Of a stretch of 64,000 bases of DNA, positions 31,163 to 40,650 are shown in pieces; within the stretch, counting starts at the first letter, position 1, and each line of letters begins with the position of its first letter. The notes beneath the pieces were generated by a model that searched no databases, had not been told where the DNA came from, and worked only from the letters and a program-made list of their open reading frames with translations. The DNA is from an uncultured virus (IMG/VR IMGVR_UViG_3300042375_000779) (taxonomy: Duplodnaviria > Heunggongvirae > Uroviricota > Caudoviricetes): the IMG/VR virus record IMGVR_UViG_3300042375_000779; one strand, given 5' to 3'. The position numbers and the translations under genes are program-made.

Positions 31163-32980
31163 TTAGTCGTTTAATATGTCTTTTATTTTTGTTTCTATTT
31201 CATAAATATTACGTTTCGCCTTATCCATATCAAATAAATCATTAATTGATAAACTTTCGTCACCTAACATCCCTAATATTTTTGATTTCTTAGATTTTGA
31301 TTCACTAAGAGGCGCTTCTCCTCCTGTATCAGCTGGTGGTGGAGCACCTCCACCCATATCCATTCCACCTCCCGCAGGAGCTTCACCAGCTGCTCCCGCA
31401 GCTTCAGCCGCCTTTCTTTCCTCTTCTGGAATACCATATTTAGAATCCACTTCATCAAATACTCCTGAACGTTTAATTACATTTTGGGTATTTGTTAATT
31501 CAAATCCCATTGCTCTTTCTAAACGTTGTTGTTGTAAATCAAGAATAACTTCAGAATCACTAAATCCAAGTATGTTCTTTTTAGCCCAAGTATGTGAAAC
31601 AGGTAAGATACCAACTTGTGATTGATCTGAGGTTGCGTCTTTATAAAGAGTAACCTTTTCTTTCCATTGTTCTATACGTAATAAATCAGATTGTGCCGAT
31701 GGGTTCGTTAATGATAATGTAAAATTATTTAATTCATCTTCTAAACCCATAAGGTATAAATGAACTAAAGCAATTTTATTTAATTCTTGAATTAATGATT
31801 TTTGAATTCTATTAATTGTTCTAGCAAAACGAATATCCATCAATGCTAAAGTTTTACCTTCACCTACAACTTCTTCAAATCCTAAGAACGCTTTTGGAAT
31901 ACGTAACGCGGCTAATAGTTTCTTTTGAATATATTCAATATCCGCAATTTCACCTAAGTTTTGTGCTCCAGGTAATGTTTCAATCGGACTTGTTTGTGCG
32001 GGATCACGTACAGGAATAAAATAATCCTGATCTACGGCCATTTGGTTATATCTCATATCGACATTACCATTACGTGGATCAGCAATAGCATCTCTTTTAA
32101 ATTTACTTGCTACACGTTGTACATATGGTTCAATATCTTTATCATCCATATTACCTACAAATACTTTGAATACACGTCTTTCAGGTGCTCTTGAAGTTCT
32201 ATAGATTAACATAGCATCTTCAGCAAGTAATAGTTGTTTCCAAATTCTTCTAATCTTATCTAACATAGATGTTCCATAAGGAAGTTTTCTATCGTCACCT
32301 AATAATCTAAAGTGAGCAATCTCCCAAGCTTGGAATTCCATATCTTTATTTTTCCAAGTAAAACGTAGTTCTCTTGTTGGTAACTTAGCATCTGACATTT
32401 GCCCTGGGTTTTTAGATGCCGACCCTTCAATTCTTTCTATTTCAATGTTTGGTAATTGTTGTACACCAATGATACCTTTTTCAGGATCAATTTTTAAATA
32501 CACAAAATCATCACCATACTTACATAAACCTCTAGCCCACATTTGTAGGTTAGTGTTTACATCTAATTTGTTGATAAATAAATCTTCTAATATTGTTTTA
32601 ACTCTATCCGATTCAGAAAAGATTGTTAATATTTCACCCTTTTCTGAAAGTGTTGTAGATTCTTCTGCGTAGATGTCTAACGCCGCTGAAATTTCTGGAG
32701 TAAACTCCATAGATTCATAATCATATGTTGCGGCCAATCTATTTGGTTCATAATAAACCGATTGGTTATATAGAGATTGATCTAATTTAGACCACTTATC
32801 TGCAACGTATTGACTTTGTTGAGCTTGCAACATTGCCTTTTCGTACTCTTCTCTATTGTCCGTGTTTAGTATTTGGTCTTTAGAGAAATTAAATGAAGGT
32901 ATCTGGTCTTTTTTTACCTGATTAGGGTAACCGAACATCCTTGTTAATTTCTGAAAGACTGTGTTATTATTCTCTGCCAT
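31163..32980 (-). CDS. Portal protein (T4 gp20 family)
   Basis: PEISAALDIYAEE, LAEDAMLIYRTSRAPERRVF, DYFIPVR, IETLPGAQNL. Confidence 0.95.
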   Translation of the reverse strand: MAENNNTVFQKLTRMFGYPNQVKKDQIPSFNFSKDQILNTDNREEYEKAMLQAQQSQYVADKWSKLDQSLYNQSVYYEPNRLAATYDYESMEFTPEISAALDIYAEESTTLSEKGEILTIFSESDRVKTILEDLFINKLDVNTNLQMWARGLCKYGDDFVYLKIDPEKGIIGVQQLPNIEIERIEGSASKNPGQMSDAKLPTRELRFTWKNKDMEFQAWEIAHFRLLGDDRKLPYGTSMLDKIRRIWKQLLLAEDAMLIYRTSRAPERRVFKVFVGNMDDKDIEPYVQRVASKFKRDAIADPRNGNVDMRYNQMAVDQDYFIPVRDPAQTSPIETLPGAQNLGEIADIEYIQKKLLAALRIPKAFLGFEEVVGEGKTLALMDIRFARTINRIQKSLIQELNKIALVHLYLMGLEDELNNFTLSLTNPSAQSDLLRIEQWKEKVTLYKDATSDQSQVGILPVSHTWAKKNILGFSDSEVILDLQQQRLERAMGFELTNTQNVIKRSGVFDEVDSKYGIPEEERKAAEAAGAAGEAPAGGGMDMGGGAPPPADTGGEAPLSESKSKKSKILGMLGDESLSINDLFDMDKAKRNIYEIETKIKDILND

Positions 32981-33034
32981 CGTATATAAATAGTTTTCTT
33001 TATAATATAAACCTTTTTATTTAATTAGGAAATG

Positions 33035-34810
33035 TTATTTACTTTTTCCGAACAACCAAGAGAACTCTTTGTACATATCTTTTGGTACGTTATGGGGATT
33101 ATCCTTATGGAAAAAACTTGGGTCGGTGGCCATCGCCCCGATCGGGTCTAAAGATGTACCATATGAATAGTGTGTTTTATTAACCTCATATGTTCTTTCT
33201 GACATAGTCCAAGACTCTAACATTGCTTTGTTGGCGTTTTCTGTTTTTTCAAGTTGATTAAAACAAATATCACCTGAATATAGGGCCATTGATAGACTCA
33301 TAATGGCATCATCGTGAGAACCTTTCATATGGTCTGGTCTTCCATTCATATAAACAAATGTATTAAGTTCGTTTAATAATCTATTTGACCTAACTAAAAA
33401 CCCCTTTCTTAACGCTTCTTCAAACGCTGCAACAATTTGAGTTCTTTTATTGTTGAAGTTTAACCCAGGAATCTTATCTAACGCCTTTTTATTATACTCC
33501 CAAATATTCTGAGTATTAATCCCATCAATATAAAGGTTTTTATAATTTAATTCTTGTAATTTTCTTGATGTTGCAACCCCCATACCTCCCGTAATATCAA
33601 TTACTATAAAGGCGTTACCGTATAATATCCCCCATTTATAAGCTACCGAAGCTAAATCATCGGGTGGTATTTTACCAATATATTCGGCAACCTGTTCTCT
33701 ATCGTCAAAATCTATAATGTTAATTGATGAAAAATCCTCACTATCACCCCTACTAACGTCAACACCCATAATGTATCTATGACCATTAATTGGTTCTTTC
33801 CATTGCCAAAACGTTCCTTGCATATACTTTTCAATCGGAACTCTAATCATATTCTTGGCAATATTTTCTTGAATGTCTCCAGGAATAACTCCATCTCCAG
33901 AACCTAAAAAGTCACATTCTAACTCCTGAGCAATCTTACGTCTATCGTATTTAAATTTCTTAGACATTGATTCAAACCAAGAAGAGAACGGTTTATAACC
34001 TTGTTCTTCTAATTCTCGGTAGTTACTCATATCGAAGTCATTAAGAACAACTTCATCATCGTTATATTGTTCCCTATTCAACATATAATGACATATGTCA
34101 CTACATTTAACCCATCTTAAGTCTTTGGTATATCTTGGGTCTTTAAACCACCTTAAATCGGTTATATGGAAGTCATTGATACCTCTTAAAGCTTGGTCAT
34201 AAACACCATAGTAAATTTGGTCATATCCATTTGGAGTTGAGATAAGAATAATCTTACCACCCGTTGATAGGGATGCCATAGATGCTGCCCAAAAATCATC
34301 ACCAGCTTCGATATAAGCCGCCTCATCAAAAACAAGTACAGTTGGTGTAAAACCACGAAGAGCATCCGCAGATGTTGCAACCGCTTTAACTTCTGAACCG
34401 TTATTTAATCTAAATCTACTTTCTGAGTTCTTATCGGGCGAAAACCCAACATTTATCCATTCAGGCCATTGGTCAATGAAGTGTCTAACTTTATTAGCCA
34501 TCTCAATTGCTGTATCACGTTTGTTTGCAATGATAAGAATTCTTTCAGGATTCTCAGGTTTTGCTAACTGTAACTTTTTTGATAACCAAGCCGCGGTTAC
34601 TGTTGTTACCCCCGCTTGTCTATATTTTTTAGTGATATTTTCGTTGTAGTCTTCGTAGTCCTGAATCAATTGTATTTGGTCAGGAAATAAATCCATAGGT
34701 ACATACTTCTTCTGAGTGTTATCATACGTTTGTAGATAGGTTCTCAGTGCATAAGGAGTGTCCTTTATAATTTTTGCGTATTCTAATAATTGTTCTGCTC
34801 TACTATTCAT
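33035..34810 (-). CDS. Terminase large subunit (gp17 family)
   Basis: KYRQAGVTT, VFDEAA, ISTPNG, QELEC, GVDVSRG, HDDAIMS. Confidence 0.95.
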   Translation of the reverse strand: MNSRAEQLLEYAKIIKDTPYALRTYLQTYDNTQKKYVPMDLFPDQIQLIQDYEDYNENITKKYRQAGVTTVTAAWLSKKLQLAKPENPERILIIANKRDTAIEMANKVRHFIDQWPEWINVGFSPDKNSESRFRLNNGSEVKAVATSADALRGFTPTVLVFDEAAYIEAGDDFWAASMASLSTGGKIILISTPNGYDQIYYGVYDQALRGINDFHITDLRWFKDPRYTKDLRWVKCSDICHYMLNREQYNDDEVVLNDFDMSNYRELEEQGYKPFSSWFESMSKKFKYDRRKIAQELECDFLGSGDGVIPGDIQENIAKNMIRVPIEKYMQGTFWQWKEPINGHRYIMGVDVSRGDSEDFSSINIIDFDDREQVAEYIGKIPPDDLASVAYKWGILYGNAFIVIDITGGMGVATSRKLQELNYKNLYIDGINTQNIWEYNKKALDKIPGLNFNNKRTQIVAAFEEALRKGFLVRSNRLLNELNTFVYMNGRPDHMKGSHDDAIMSLSMALYSGDICFNQLEKTENANKAMLESWTMSERTYEVNKTHYSYGTSLDPIGAMATDPSFFHKDNPHNVPKDMYKEFSWLFGKSK

Positions 34811-34854
34811 ATATATAAATACAAAAAAAGGTGGTAAAACTTACCACCTTTGTA

Positions 34855-36174
34855 TTATTCGTCTTCAGGTAACCTTATCCCAAGAGATCCAAGTAAATCA
34901 TCTAAATTATCCCCGTCTCCACCTTCGTCACCATATTCCATATTATATTCTTCTTCCTCCCAATCCTCATTTCTTAATGATTCTTCAATGTCTTGAACCA
35001 TTCTTGCGATAATCTCTTTACCTAATCTATCACCTCTCATTATTAACTTTGTAAGTTTAAAAAATTCTTCGGTAGTTAATGATGAAAATCTTGATATTAA
35101 ATAATTTGCCAAATGCTTCTTATCGTCTTCAAATAATTTATCAGGATAGGATTCGATGAATTTTTCCCAGATAACTGGACCGAATCTAACGTCCCACATT
35201 TCTGCAGGTAAAGTGTCGGTTTTATTCATAACCATTTCGGCTGATTTTGGATCATCAGGTAAACCTTGAGTTGCCAAAACCTCCATTGTTCCTTTAATTA
35301 ATTCGTGAACTAATACAGGGAAAAATACACCTCTTGCTTTAACAGTTGGTGGGTTAGTTTCGGTATCAAGTTCTTCTTTACCCGCAAAACCACCTCCTTG
35401 ACCCGCACTCATTAATGCATCATCAGGGTATATCCAATAAAGTAAGTCGTTAATTGACATTAACACACCATACTTTCTTATAATTCCAGTACTCATTTGT
35501 TCAAGTCGTGTATTAACTAACTCAAACATATAATGACCTTTTTTTGCTGAACCTTGAATCAATGCATTTAATAATCTTCGTTTTGCAACTTCATCATTAA
35601 ATTTATCGAAAGCGTTTATAGTTTGTTCAATATCTTCACCAGCTTCTTCAGAGTCTACACCAAATTGTTCTTCAACTTCTTCATCAGTTGGATTTTCTTC
35701 TTCTTGTGAAAAACCAGAATTGTCTATTTCACCAATACCAACTAATAGAGCGTCAAATTGTAATGACCCTTCCGGTATTGCCAATTCTTTCTTAACTAAT
35801 TCAACGGCTAATTGTTCTAATTCTTGTTTATATGTTCTTTCGAACTGCATAATGTCCATCATATTCTGACGAGCTGCCATAGATAATTGAGCGAACGCAT
35901 TTTGGTCGGTAACATTACCTTGGAAACCAGTATAATGTTTTACCTTTTGAACTGTATCAATAAAACGTTTTGATGCGATTAACTCTTCAAAGTTAGAAGG
36001 TAAACCTTCAGGTTTTTCTTGTGGAATGCCTGGGTTATCTTTATATGTATGTTCTTTATCCGCTAGCTTTGCTGCTATATCAGGATTAATTCTTTCTGGA
36101 TTGTTACCGTAGTCTAATGGCATCTCTATAAGATTTCGTTCGATCAAATGTAACAATTTTTTCTTAGAAAACAT
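34855..36174 (-). CDS. Hypothetical protein
   Basis: 439-aa ORF; contains VHELIKG. Confidence 0.65.
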   Translation of the reverse strand: MFSKKKLLHLIERNLIEMPLDYGNNPERINPDIAAKLADKEHTYKDNPGIPQEKPEGLPSNFEELIASKRFIDTVQKVKHYTGFQGNVTDQNAFAQLSMAARQNMMDIMQFERTYKQELEQLAVELVKKELAIPEGSLQFDALLVGIGEIDNSGFSQEEENPTDEEVEEQFGVDSEEAGEDIEQTINAFDKFNDEVAKRRLLNALIQGSAKKGHYMFELVNTRLEQMSTGIIRKYGVLMSINDLLYWIYPDDALMSAGQGGGFAGKEELDTETNPPTVKARGVFFPVLVHELIKGTMEVLATQGLPDDPKSAEMVMNKTDTLPAEMWDVRFGPVIWEKFIESYPDKLFEDDKKHLANYLISRFSSLTTEEFFKLTKLIMRGDRLGKEIIARMVQDIEESLRNEDWEEEEYNMEYGDEGGDGDNLDDLLGSLGIRLPEDE

Positions 36175-36176
36175 AA

Positions 36177-36866
36177 TTATTTTGAGTTTTTGAACTTAAT
36201 TCCTAATTTATCAAACTTTAAGAATTCAGGTAATCCCTCTTCTCCTTCAGCTTTTGGTTTTGGATTATGTTTTGGTTCAAAAGGATTTTCTCTTTTTGGT
36301 TTACCAGGTTTTGTTGTTGGTTTCTCTCTAACAGGTGCATCGGTACCAGGTTTAGATGGTTCAGGTGCAGCTTCGTAAGTCATAAACTCAGGAGTACCAT
36401 TGTGTCCTACTTTAACATTAGGTCCAGCTTCTTGTAATTTAAATTGAATCATTTCCATAATTTCATTTTTAGATGTAAAACTATGAAAATTTTTGTTAGT
36501 AACAGAAGATACCCACTCTTTTATATTTTCCTTTTTGTCTTTTTTATTAGAATCTTTCTTTTTTTGACCTTTTAAAATTTTGAAATCTTGAGCATCTATC
36601 TCACCATTGTGGTTCTTATCCAATTTTTTCTGATTACCCTTTAATTCTTCTTTCATTTCCTCTTCGTATGTTTCAATAGATTGGTTTTTATCTTTAGCAT
36701 CTTTAATCTTTTGATTAACTAATGGATCTTTTTTTGATATCATTATATCTGCCTCACCTAATATTCTACTTGCAAATGTTGCAAGTTGTCTATCACTAAA
36801 ATTAACTAGTGTTTTTTCTGAAAATCCTTCTTTTAATAAGGATTGAATAATTTCATTTCTTTTCAT
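36177..36866 (-). CDS. Hypothetical protein with an EF-hand-like motif
   Basis: LDKNHNGEIDAQDF. Confidence 0.6.
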   Translation of the reverse strand: MKRNEIIQSLLKEGFSEKTLVNFSDRQLATFASRILGEADIMISKKDPLVNQKIKDAKDKNQSIETYEEEMKEELKGNQKKLDKNHNGEIDAQDFKILKGQKKKDSNKKDKKENIKEWVSSVTNKNFHSFTSKNEIMEMIQFKLQEAGPNVKVGHNGTPEFMTYEAAPEPSKPGTDAPVREKPTTKPGKPKRENPFEPKHNPKPKAEGEEGLPEFLKFDKLGIKFKNSK

Positions 36867-37264
36867 AATTCTTTGAATTTTATCTCTTCTTTTAATAATT
36901 GATAATCTCTTTGTTTTAGTTTTTTAGAAACAGATTCCAAAGATTCTCCAAACTTAAATGTAAGTCTATCGAACTCAGATTCAAAATCAAATTTCTCCCA
37001 AGCCAATGCAACTACACCATCTACAGCATCAATAACTCCGAAATAATCGGAGTCTTGAACTAATTCTAATTTTAAATCGGTATTTTTTAATAGACCAACT
37101 AAGTCCACATATTCTATTTCAGGTGATTTAGATCCAGATGTTGCTGAGGCCGGTATAACAAACCATTCCTCTATGTCAATTTCAGTTGATGAACTAAAGA
37201 TAAATTCGTACTGTTTTTGACCTTTATAATCTGAACCAATTTCATTGACATAGATTAGATTCAT
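36863..37264 (-). CDS. Hypothetical protein
   Basis: 133-aa coupled ORF. Confidence 0.6.
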   Translation of the reverse strand: MNLIYVNEIGSDYKGQKQYEFIFSSSTEIDIEEWFVIPASATSGSKSPEIEYVDLVGLLKNTDLKLELVQDSDYFGVIDAVDGVVALAWEKFDFESEFDRLTFKFGESLESVSKKLKQRDYQLLKEEIKFKEL

Positions 37265-37265
37265 T

Positions 37266-38333
37266 TTATTTGAAATATTTGCTTAGTGTTTCACCAACAC
37301 TTTGATTAATTTCATTTTTGATTTTATCCATATCAATTTCTTGAATATCATCAGATTCTTCATCAATATCCGCATATTTTGATAAATCAATTTCACCAGT
37401 TTCAACGGGTGTATTAATAAATGATTCTAAAGCGTCCATTGGTTCATATTCACCTGTTAGTCTCGCCATTGATAATTCTTCATCAATATCCTCATCAGAT
37501 GTAGGTTCTTCAGTTGGAACTTCTTCATCATCACCCATTTCAGGTTCTTCAGCTGGAATTTCCTCATCATCACCAAAATCTTCATCTCTTTCAAATTTCT
37601 TAGAAATCTCTTCGATATCCTCTTCTTCAAGTTTATCTAAATCAACTGCGGATATAATCATATTAAGAACATACTTAATATCATCACTCTCCATTTTTTC
37701 TTTTTGATCTCTTAATTCTTGACCAAGTTTACCTGCAAATTTTTGTACTTCAGCCATATAATCAGAAGGTTTTCCTTCCGAACTTGTTTCACCACCCATA
37801 TCTTCACCACCCATATCGTCCGATGGAACTTCAGTATCTGGAGCCTCCATATCAGGAGCTGGCATATCTGAAGATGGTTCAGCGGCAGGTGCCTCCATAT
37901 CAGGAGCTGGCATATCTGAAGATGGTTCAGCAACAGGTGCTGGTGCATCCATAGCTTCAGGAGCGGGCATCTCTTCTTGAGGTTTGTTTTGTTTTAAAAC
38001 ATATTTTGTTGCTTCTTGTAGTTCTTCTTGACCCTTAACCAATTCAAGTCTTTTTAACGCTTCAGCGTATGAAGAAAATTTGTTTTTATTCTTCATAAAC
38101 ATACCACCGATATAATCGAGTGACGATTCGTTTAATCCTCTTTTAACATAGTATCCGTCTTTTTCTCTAACGATACCATATACTCCACCACCATTCTTAG
38201 CTTCTGAAACTAATTCTGTTGATTTTGATTGTTGGTTATTATTTGCGTTCTTATAGTAAGTTAATTCGAGGATTCTTTTTAATTTGTCATCCCCGTTTAA
38301 TTTCTCACTTCCAAGTGATTTAAATTCTGCCAT
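37266..38333 (-). CDS. Acidic hypothetical protein, probably head-associated
   Basis: 355 aa, E/D/P-rich, preceded by the TATTTATA motif. Confidence 0.6.
   Translation of the reverse strand: MAEFKSLGSEKLNGDDKLKRILELTYYKNANNNQQSKSTELVSEAKNGGGVYGIVREKDGYYVKRGLNESSLDYIGGMFMKNKNKFSSYAEALKRLELVKGQEELQEATKYVLKQNKPQEEMPAPEAMDAPAPVAEPSSDMPAPDMEAPAAEPSSDMPAPDMEAPDTEVPSDDMGGEDMGGETSSEGKPSDYMAEVQKFAGKLGQELRDQKEKMESDDIKYVLNMIISAVDLDKLEEEDIEEISKKFERDEDFGDDEEIPAEEPEMGDDEEVPTEEPTSDEDIDEELSMARLTGEYEPMDALESFINTPVETGEIDLSKYADIDEESDDIQEIDMDKIKNEINQSVGETLSKYFK
37843..37931. repeat. In-frame 48-bp-period tandem duplication
   Basis: GCCTCCATATCAGGAGCTGGCATATCTGAAGATGGTTCAGC at 37843 and 37891 (encodes AEPSSDMPAPDMEA twice). 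Confidence 0.9.
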
Positions 38334-38404
38334 TTTGATATTAATTAAGATATACTTATTCTTATCCTATAAATACATAGATATATAGAAAAAAATAAGG
38401 TTCC

Positions 38405-39178
38405 CTATTGTGTTATGGACAATTTCTTATCTGTTATGTCCGTTTTTAGTTTTAGTAACTTATCGATGTATCCGTTTCTTCTAAGTAATTTAAAGGTTAG
38501 ATTCTCATAAGAATACTCTCCACCCGACTCTAAACCACTTTGTCTGAATTGTTTTAATTTTTTTCTTAACGATTCAATCTTAGGTAAAACTTCATTACTA
38601 AGTCCCAAATCAATCAATTGATCTATTTTCTTAGCAAAGTCCTCACCCTTCTCCAATATTTTTCTATCGTCAATGTTAGGTGTTTCCTTTTTAGGTTCAA
38701 TTTCCCACTTATCGTGTAAAATAGAATAAACACCCGAAGAAATGTGCGGTTCCTCCACATCTTGAACATAAACTTCCACATCAAAACCTTTAATCTTGAT
38801 GTCGTGTTTCTCATTCCAAACATTCTTTTTAGCATCGAAAAATTCTTTAATGATTGTCTGTAGAATGGGTGAATCGTTATCACCATCTATTTCACCCATA
38901 TCTATTAATACGTGTAAATCGACATCAGAAAATTCCGACCAATTGTAATTTGATAAAGAACCAGTCAATACTATGTCGTGAATAAAGAATTCAATACCAA
39001 AAGATTCAACAAAATCGTCAGCAATCTCAAGCAAACGTTTTCTAACGACTTCTTTCATTTTGAAACCATCCTTTGATTCGTCAAAAATTTCATTTGACAA
39101 AGTGTCTTTGGTTTCAAAAGATTTAACTATCTTTTCGTCATCTTTAGTGTACTCAACTAGTTCTTCAAATAAACTCAT
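38405..39178 (-). CDS. Pol-beta-superfamily nucleotidyltransferase
   Basis: LTGSLSNYNWSEFSDVDLHV (GS...DxD) plus a third acidic residue in DVEVYVQ. Confidence 0.8.
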   Translation of the reverse strand: MSLFEELVEYTKDDEKIVKSFETKDTLSNEIFDESKDGFKMKEVVRKRLLEIADDFVESFGIEFFIHDIVLTGSLSNYNWSEFSDVDLHVLIDMGEIDGDNDSPILQTIIKEFFDAKKNVWNEKHDIKIKGFDVEVYVQDVEEPHISSGVYSILHDKWEIEPKKETPNIDDRKILEKGEDFAKKIDQLIDLGLSNEVLPKIESLRKKLKQFRQSGLESGGEYSYENLTFKLLRRNGYIDKLLKLKTDITDKKLSITQ

Positions 39179-39420
39179 TTTACTTTGGTAAATTTGTGTG
39201 TTTTGGATATCTCCTGATTAAAATACTTCCCCTGGGATTCGGCCATTCTAAATTTAGTGAACTTAGCCCAAGGAATCTTTTCGTATTCATAAATAGATCC
39301 ATTATTAAAAGTTACCGATAATTTCTCTTCTTCAGTGAAATATGTTGCACTCTGTAAGTTTGATGATTTAATTGTAACTTCAATCAAGTTACCATTAATC
39401 GATTCTGATATAATACCCAT
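39175..39420 (-). CDS. KTSC-domain protein
   Basis: KSSNLQSATY...LSVTFNNGSIYEY...AESQGKYFNQEI. Confidence 0.85.
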   Translation of the reverse strand: MGIISESINGNLIEVTIKSSNLQSATYFTEEEKLSVTFNNGSIYEYEKIPWAKFTKFRMAESQGKYFNQEISKTHKFTKVK

Positions 39421-39512
39421 AGTTTTATGTTTTTATAAGAATATACTAAATAAATATCAAATAAAAAACCCCTCGTTTGTGAGGGGTCTATATATTTTCA
39501 ATAATTTCTTGA

Positions 39513-40064
39513 TTATTTCATACATTCCTGTAAATCAGCGTCTTGTTGATTTTGTTCAGCGTCCATCGCTCTTACCATTGATTTAGTTAATGAATTGAAA
39601 ACTTCTTCTCCATATCTCTCTTGAATGTTGTTCTCTTGACGTAAATCTTTGAATTTACCCCCAACCAAGAAACCTAAAACATTAGCTAATAATACTCTTC
39701 TGAATGATTTAGCCGAGGCTTCACTTTTTTCCATACCACCTTTTACTAATTTGATGTATGAATTAATATCTACAACGGTTTTCATATCGTTATTTGAATC
39801 TATATTAATTTGTTTTTCAGATTTTGGTTTGTCACTAGACTCATATGAACTTAGATATTTCTTAATCGCCATATGTCTAACGGTACCATCTTTTTTAACA
39901 AACGCAACACTTACAATTTTGTTAGATTCGATTGCCGCTCTTAAATCAGATAAATCTTCCGATGTTTGGAAATCTTGATGTGATAACGCCATTTCATTTG
40001 CGTCTATCATTTCTTGTATCATTTTAGTTAATTCAGATTCGGTCAATCTTAATATTCTTCCCAT
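39513..40064 (-). CDS. Hypothetical protein with an SH3/WYL_2-like fold
   Basis: IVSVAFVKKDGTVRHM...KSFR pattern; N-terminal RLTESEL motif. Confidence 0.5.
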   Translation of the reverse strand: MGRILRLTESELTKMIQEMIDANEMALSHQDFQTSEDLSDLRAAIESNKIVSVAFVKKDGTVRHMAIKKYLSSYESSDKPKSEKQINIDSNNDMKTVVDINSYIKLVKGGMEKSEASAKSFRRVLLANVLGFLVGGKFKDLRQENNIQERYGEEVFNSLTKSMVRAMDAEQNQQDADLQECMK

Positions 40065-40129
40065 AATATTCTATATTTCTATATAAATATTGGTAAATAA
40101 TAAAAAACCCCCATAATTGGGGGTCTTTA

Positions 40130-40498
40130 TTAATTAAGAGATATAATTCTTTCTAACGGCTTCTTTTTATCAATCGGTAACGTTAGTTCTAAAATTCCAT
40201 TTTCAACCTTACCCTCAACATCTTTTTCTTTAACGTCATCAGGTAATGAGTAAGATTTGGTGAAACTATTCACAAAGTGGGACGTTTCACTCTTTTCTTC
40301 TTTTGAATAAGAAATTTTAATTATACCATCTTTAATGGTGATTTTTAAATCTTCCTTGGTTAAACCAGGAACACCCATAAGAACCTTATACTCCATTTCG
40401 TTTTTAGTAACGTTTATTTGTGGAGAGGTTCCTACTCTCGATTGTTCAAACACATTATCCAATGTGTTGAAGAACGGGTCTTTAAATAATGTTATCAT
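40130..40498 (-). CDS. Small heat-shock protein (Hsp20)
   Basis: VPGLTKEDLKI, FTKSYSLPDDV, VENGILELTLP. Confidence 0.92.
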   Translation of the reverse strand: MITLFKDPFFNTLDNVFEQSRVGTSPQINVTKNEMEYKVLMGVPGLTKEDLKITIKDGIIKISYSKEEKSETSHFVNSFTKSYSLPDDVKEKDVEGKVENGILELTLPIDKKKPLERIISLN

Positions 40499-40537
40499 AA
40501 TAATATTGTTTTTGTACTTTTGTACAATTTATTTGCC

Positions 40538-40593
40538 AAATGTCTAAAAGTGACATTTAGACATTTGTTAGACATTTTTTTAGACATTTTGTC
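40538..40593. promoter_or_regulatory. Repeated (A/T)GACATTT operator-like array between the divergent hsp20 and clpC genes
   Basis: AAATGTCTA (inverted), then TGACATTT and three TAGACATTT copies. Confidence 0.55.
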
Positions 40594-40650
40594 TTAATTT
40601 TGTTTTTAGAATAATTTATGTTACATTTGTACAAAATAAAACTTATTAAT

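Noticed and set aside
3857..34810. Inteins or introns in the DNA polymerase, terminase, portal or capsid genes
   Set aside because: The ORFs are continuous with normally ordered motifs and no intein termini or LAGLIDADG motifs were evident
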